Assembly (NCBI GenBank): GCA_963827235.1
Contig: CAWHAE010000014.1
Coordinates: 64,001-128,000, forward strand
Length of the DNA stretch: 64,000 bases
Origin: an uncultured bacterium
Lineage (GTDB): Bacteria; Chloroflexota; UBA5177; JANWHV01
Direction of reading: 5' to 3'
The notes beneath the pieces are model-generated. The model saw only the letters and a list, made by a program, of their open reading frames with translations, did no database searches and was not told where the DNA came from. Positions 61,020 through 64,000 of the stretch are shown piece by piece. Each line of letters opens with the position of its first letter. Within the stretch, counting starts at the first letter, position 1. Both the position numbers and the translations under genes were made by a program.

Positions 61020-63137
61020 ATGGATAGTTGGGGTCCTTGGTTTGCACTGGGTTGCGCGGCCGTCGCGGTCGTAGCAAGCGTGCTACTCATCATGTGGGTC
61101 CTGCAGCAGGATCAGGGCAACCAGCGGATGAGGGATATCTCAAAGGCCATACAGGAGGGCGCTCGCGCCTACCTTAATCGACAGTATCGAACAGTGGCCA
61201 TGGTTGCTGTAGTGGTCGCCGTGCTGCTGATCTTCAGTCGGGTCAACAATCCGAGCATCGGAGCCGATAGCGGTCTGAGCCTCCACGAAGGCCTCAAGTA
61301 CATGCTCTGCTTCCTGGTTGGAGCAGCGTGCTCGGCGGCAGCCGGGTACATTGGCATGAACGTGTCGGTGCGCGCCAACCTACGCACAGCCCAGGCCGCT
61401 CATAAGGGCCTTAACAGCGCGCTGACGCTGGCCTTCCGAGGCGGCTCTGTGACCGGGCTGATGGTGGTCGGCCTCGGACTGGCCGGCGTCTCGGTGATGT
61501 ACGAAGTGTTCAACGATCCGAAAGTGCTCGTCGCACTGGGCTTTGGCGGCAGCTTGATCAGCGTGTTCGCCCGCCTTGGCGGCGGCATCTACACGAAAGC
61601 CGCCGACGTTGGCGCGGACCTGGTGGGCAAGGTAGAAGCAGGCATCCCTGAAGACGATCCCCGTAATCCGGCCGTGATCGCAGACAACGTGGGCGACAAC
61701 GTGGGCGACTGCGCTGGCATGGCCGCCGACCTCTTCGAGACCTATGCCATCACCCTCCTCGCTCCGATGGTCCTGGCCTCCCTGCTGTTCGCGGGTTCTC
61801 CAAACCTCAAGCAGCTCTACGTCCTGCCACTCGTGATGGGCGGCGTGTCCATAATTGCCTCCATCATCGGTGTGTTCTTCGTGCGTGTGAATGAAGGCAG
61901 CAAGGCGATCATGGGCGCCATGTACAAAGGCACCATCGTCAGCGCCGTACTGGCAGCCATCGCCTTCATCCCGGTGTTCTTTAGCATGCTCACGAAGCTG
62001 GACACGGTCAACTCCTTCGCGGGCGGTGGTCTCAACCTCTCGGCCGGCCGACTCTACGGCTGCGCCTTGATCGGCTTGGTGATCACGGGCCTGATCGTGG
62101 CAATCACCGACTTCTATACGGCGGCGCAGCACCGGCCGGTGAAGACAATCGCCGAGGCGTCCTCCACGGGACACGCAACCAATATCATCCAGGGCTTGTC
62201 CGTAGGCCTTGAAGCCACCGCTATCCCGGTGCTCGTGATCGCGATTGGCATTTGGGTCTCGTACAGCCTTGTCGGCAGTCTGTACGGCGTCGCCATCGCC
62301 GCCACGGCCATGCTTTCCATGGCCGGTATCATCGTGGCGGTCGACTCCTACGGGCCGATCACCGACAACGCCGGCGGCATCGCCGAGATGGCCGAGCTCG
62401 ACGAGAAGGTGCGGAATATCACCGACCCGCTCGACGCCGTGGGCAACACGACCAAGGCCGTGACCAAGGGCTACGCGATCGGCTCGGCGGCTCTCGCCGC
62501 CCTGGTGCTGTTCGCTTCCTTCCAGAACGAGCTTCCGCGGGTCTTCCAGGCCGGCGGGAAGAGCTACCTCGCCTTCCAGTTGACCGACTACAAGGTGATC
62601 GTCGGCCTGTTCATCGGCGGCATTTTGCCCAGCCTGTTTGCCTCGCTCTGTCTGACCGCTGTCGGGAAGGCGGCGGGCGGCGTGGTAACCGAGGTGCGGC
62701 GGCAGTTCCGCGAGAAGCCGGGCATCATGAAGGGTACGGACCGGCCCGACTACGGCCAGTGCGTCGACATCGTGACCAAGTCCGCCCTGGGCCAGATGGT
62801 CCTGCCTGCCCTGATCCCCGTGCTCTCACCCGCGATCATCGGCTTCCTGCTTGGCCCTGAAGCCCTTGGCGCCGCGCTGGTCGGCAGCATCGTAGTCGGC
62901 GTCTTCATGGCCATCTCGATGACCAGTGGCGGTGGCGCCTGGGACAATGCCAAGAAGTACATCGAGGAAGGCAACCTGGGTGGCAAGGGCTCCCCGACAC
63001 ATGCCGCCGCTGTAACCGGCGACACGGTTGGCGACCCCTACAAGGACACCGCGGGTCCGGCCATCAACCCGATGATCAAGGTGCTCAACATCGTGGCCGT
63101 GCTGCTGGCTCCTCTTCTGACCCACCACTTGTGGTAG
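61020..63137 (+). CDS. hppA: Membrane-bound H+-translocating pyrophosphatase, K+-independent type
   Basis: [26 protein letters not shown] (Lys at the K+-dependence position), [11 protein letters not shown]. Confidence 0.95.
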   Translation: MDSWGPWFALGCAAVAVVASVLLIMWVLQQDQGNQRMRDISKAIQEGARAYLNRQYRTVAMVAVVVAVLLIFSRVNNPSIGADSGLSLHEGLKYMLCFLVGAACSAAAGYIGMNVSVRANLRTAQAAHKGLNSALTLAFRGGSVTGLMVVGLGLAGVSVMYEVFNDPKVLVALGFGGSLISVFARLGGGIYTKAADVGADLVGKVEAGIPEDDPRNPAVIADNVGDNVGDCAGMAADLFETYAITLLAPMVLASLLFAGSPNLKQLYVLPLVMGGVSIIASIIGVFFVRVNEGSKAIMGAMYKGTIVSAVLAAIAFIPVFFSMLTKLDTVNSFAGGGLNLSAGRLYGCALIGLVITGLIVAITDFYTAAQHRPVKTIAEASSTGHATNIIQGLSVGLEATAIPVLVIAIGIWVSYSLVGSLYGVAIAATAMLSMAGIIVAVDSYGPITDNAGGIAEMAELDEKVRNITDPLDAVGNTTKAVTKGYAIGSAALAALVLFASFQNELPRVFQAGGKSYLAFQLTDYKVIVGLFIGGILPSLFASLCLTAVGKAAGGVVTEVRRQFREKPGIMKGTDRPDYGQCVDIVTKSALGQMVLPALIPVLSPAIIGFLLGPEALGAALVGSIVVGVFMAISMTSGGGAWDNAKKYIEEGNLGGKGSPTHAAAVTGDTVGDPYKDTAGPAINPMIKVLNIVAVLLAPLLTHHLW

Positions 63138-63200
63138 GCGCCAGCCAGGCTCGATGTCTGGTAGTATAGGTGAGCCAGGGTTTGGCTCGCACGTTTGCGA

Positions 63201-63232
63201 ATGTAGCCCCCAGCGCATGCTGGGGGCTACAT
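63201..63232. terminator. 14-bp stem hairpin downstream of hppA
   Basis: ATGTAGCCCCCAGC-GCAT-GCTGGGGGCTACAT; no U-tract. Confidence 0.55.
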
Positions 63233-63332
63233 GGCGCCAGGTAGCGGCCTGTTGAACTATCTCGCCGGCCAAGACGTGCGCGGCGGCAAACGCGTCGCGG
63301 CGAAGACCGCGCAGCGACTGGAGTGTGCGGCG

Positions 63333-64000
63333 GTGCAAGTGCTCGTGACCGGCGGGGCCGGCTTTATTGGCTCCCATCTGGTCGACGCGTTGATCGAACA
63401 AGGCCACGACGTACGCGTCTTGGATGACCTTTCGACGGGCAAGCTTGAGAATCTGGCCCGGCACTCTTCGCAGAAGCGGCTCACCTTCCGAAAAGCGTCG
63501 GTGCTCGACACGGAAACTGTGCGCGCCATGACCTCCGGTTGTGCTCTCGTCTACCACCTGGCAGCCGCCATAGGCGTCCGATACGTGATCGACGATCCCC
63601 TTCACGGCATATTGACCAACGTACGTGGCACCGAGGAGGTGCTGGCTGCCGCCGCCGATGCCGGCGCGCGTGTCGTACTTGCCTCGTCGTCGGAGGTCTA
63701 CGGTAAGGGCAGATCCGGAGCCGAGTGGGAGCCTTTCAGCGAGGAGTCCGACAGTGTCATAGGTCCGACCTCAGTACCGCGCTGGTGGTATTCCCTTTCC
63801 AAGGGCCTGGACGAGCACCTTGGTTTTTCGTATCACAGGCAGCGCCGGCTTCCCGTCTCGGCCGTACGGTATTTCAATATCTACGGGCCGCGTTGCGATC
63901 CGGGCGGCTACGGCGTGCTCGCTCGATTCATCAGCAGGGCGCTCGCCGGAGAACCGCTTACCGTTTACGGCGACGGCCGGCAGAGCCGCACCTTTACCTA
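63333..64000 (+). CDS. NAD-dependent epimerase/dehydratase (runs off the end of the window)
   Basis: VLVTGGAGFIGSHL, HLAA, ASSSEVYG, YSLSK (YxxxK), RYFNIYGPR, VYGDGRQSRTF. Confidence 0.92.
   Translation, partial: MQVLVTGGAGFIGSHLVDALIEQGHDVRVLDDLSTGKLENLARHSSQKRLTFRKASVLDTETVRAMTSGCALVYHLAAAIGVRYVIDDPLHGILTNVRGTEEVLAAAADAGARVVLASSSEVYGKGRSGAEWEPFSEESDSVIGPTSVPRWWYSLSKGLDEHLGFSYHRQRRLPVSAVRYFNIYGPRCDPGGYGVLARFISRALAGEPLTVYGDGRQSRTFT

Noticed and set aside
1-64000. tRNA, rRNA, CRISPR array, prophage or known riboswitch
   Set aside because: None recognised by eye; covariance-model searches could still find divergent RNAs.

Overview
High-GC bacterial chromosomal window; the gene content and the short EF-Ts suggest Chloroflexota or a related monoderm lineage (inference). 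Bases 1-28.3 kb are core housekeeping: rnc, an atypical tyrosine recombinase, coaBC, rpmE-DUF1385-prfA-prmC, argF, hemW, rdgB-rsmA-pth-mfd-xerC-hslVU and rpsB-tsf-pyrH-frr-uppS-cdsA-dxr-rseP. This block ends at a clear 28-bp dif-like Xer site (28301-28328). An accessory region follows. It holds a 5.4-kb Tn3-family transposon bounded by 190-bp inverted repeats and a 5-bp target duplication, carrying a resolvase and a damaged ECF sigma / bifunctional nuclease / Clp-N cassette. Next is a secreted quinoprotein cluster that includes a PQQ dehydrogenase fused to a C-terminal type-1 copper (amicyanin-like) domain. After that come a Wzm/Wzt and GT4/GT-C surface glycan locus, a GH3 beta-glucosidase, glycogen phosphorylase, a TetR/membrane-protein pair, a K+-independent H+-PPase and a partial NAD-dependent epimerase. 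Frameshifts in the normally essential coaBC and cdsA suggest indel errors in the assembly, so all frameshift-based pseudogene calls are provisional. All calls come from motif recognition by eye; no database searches were run.
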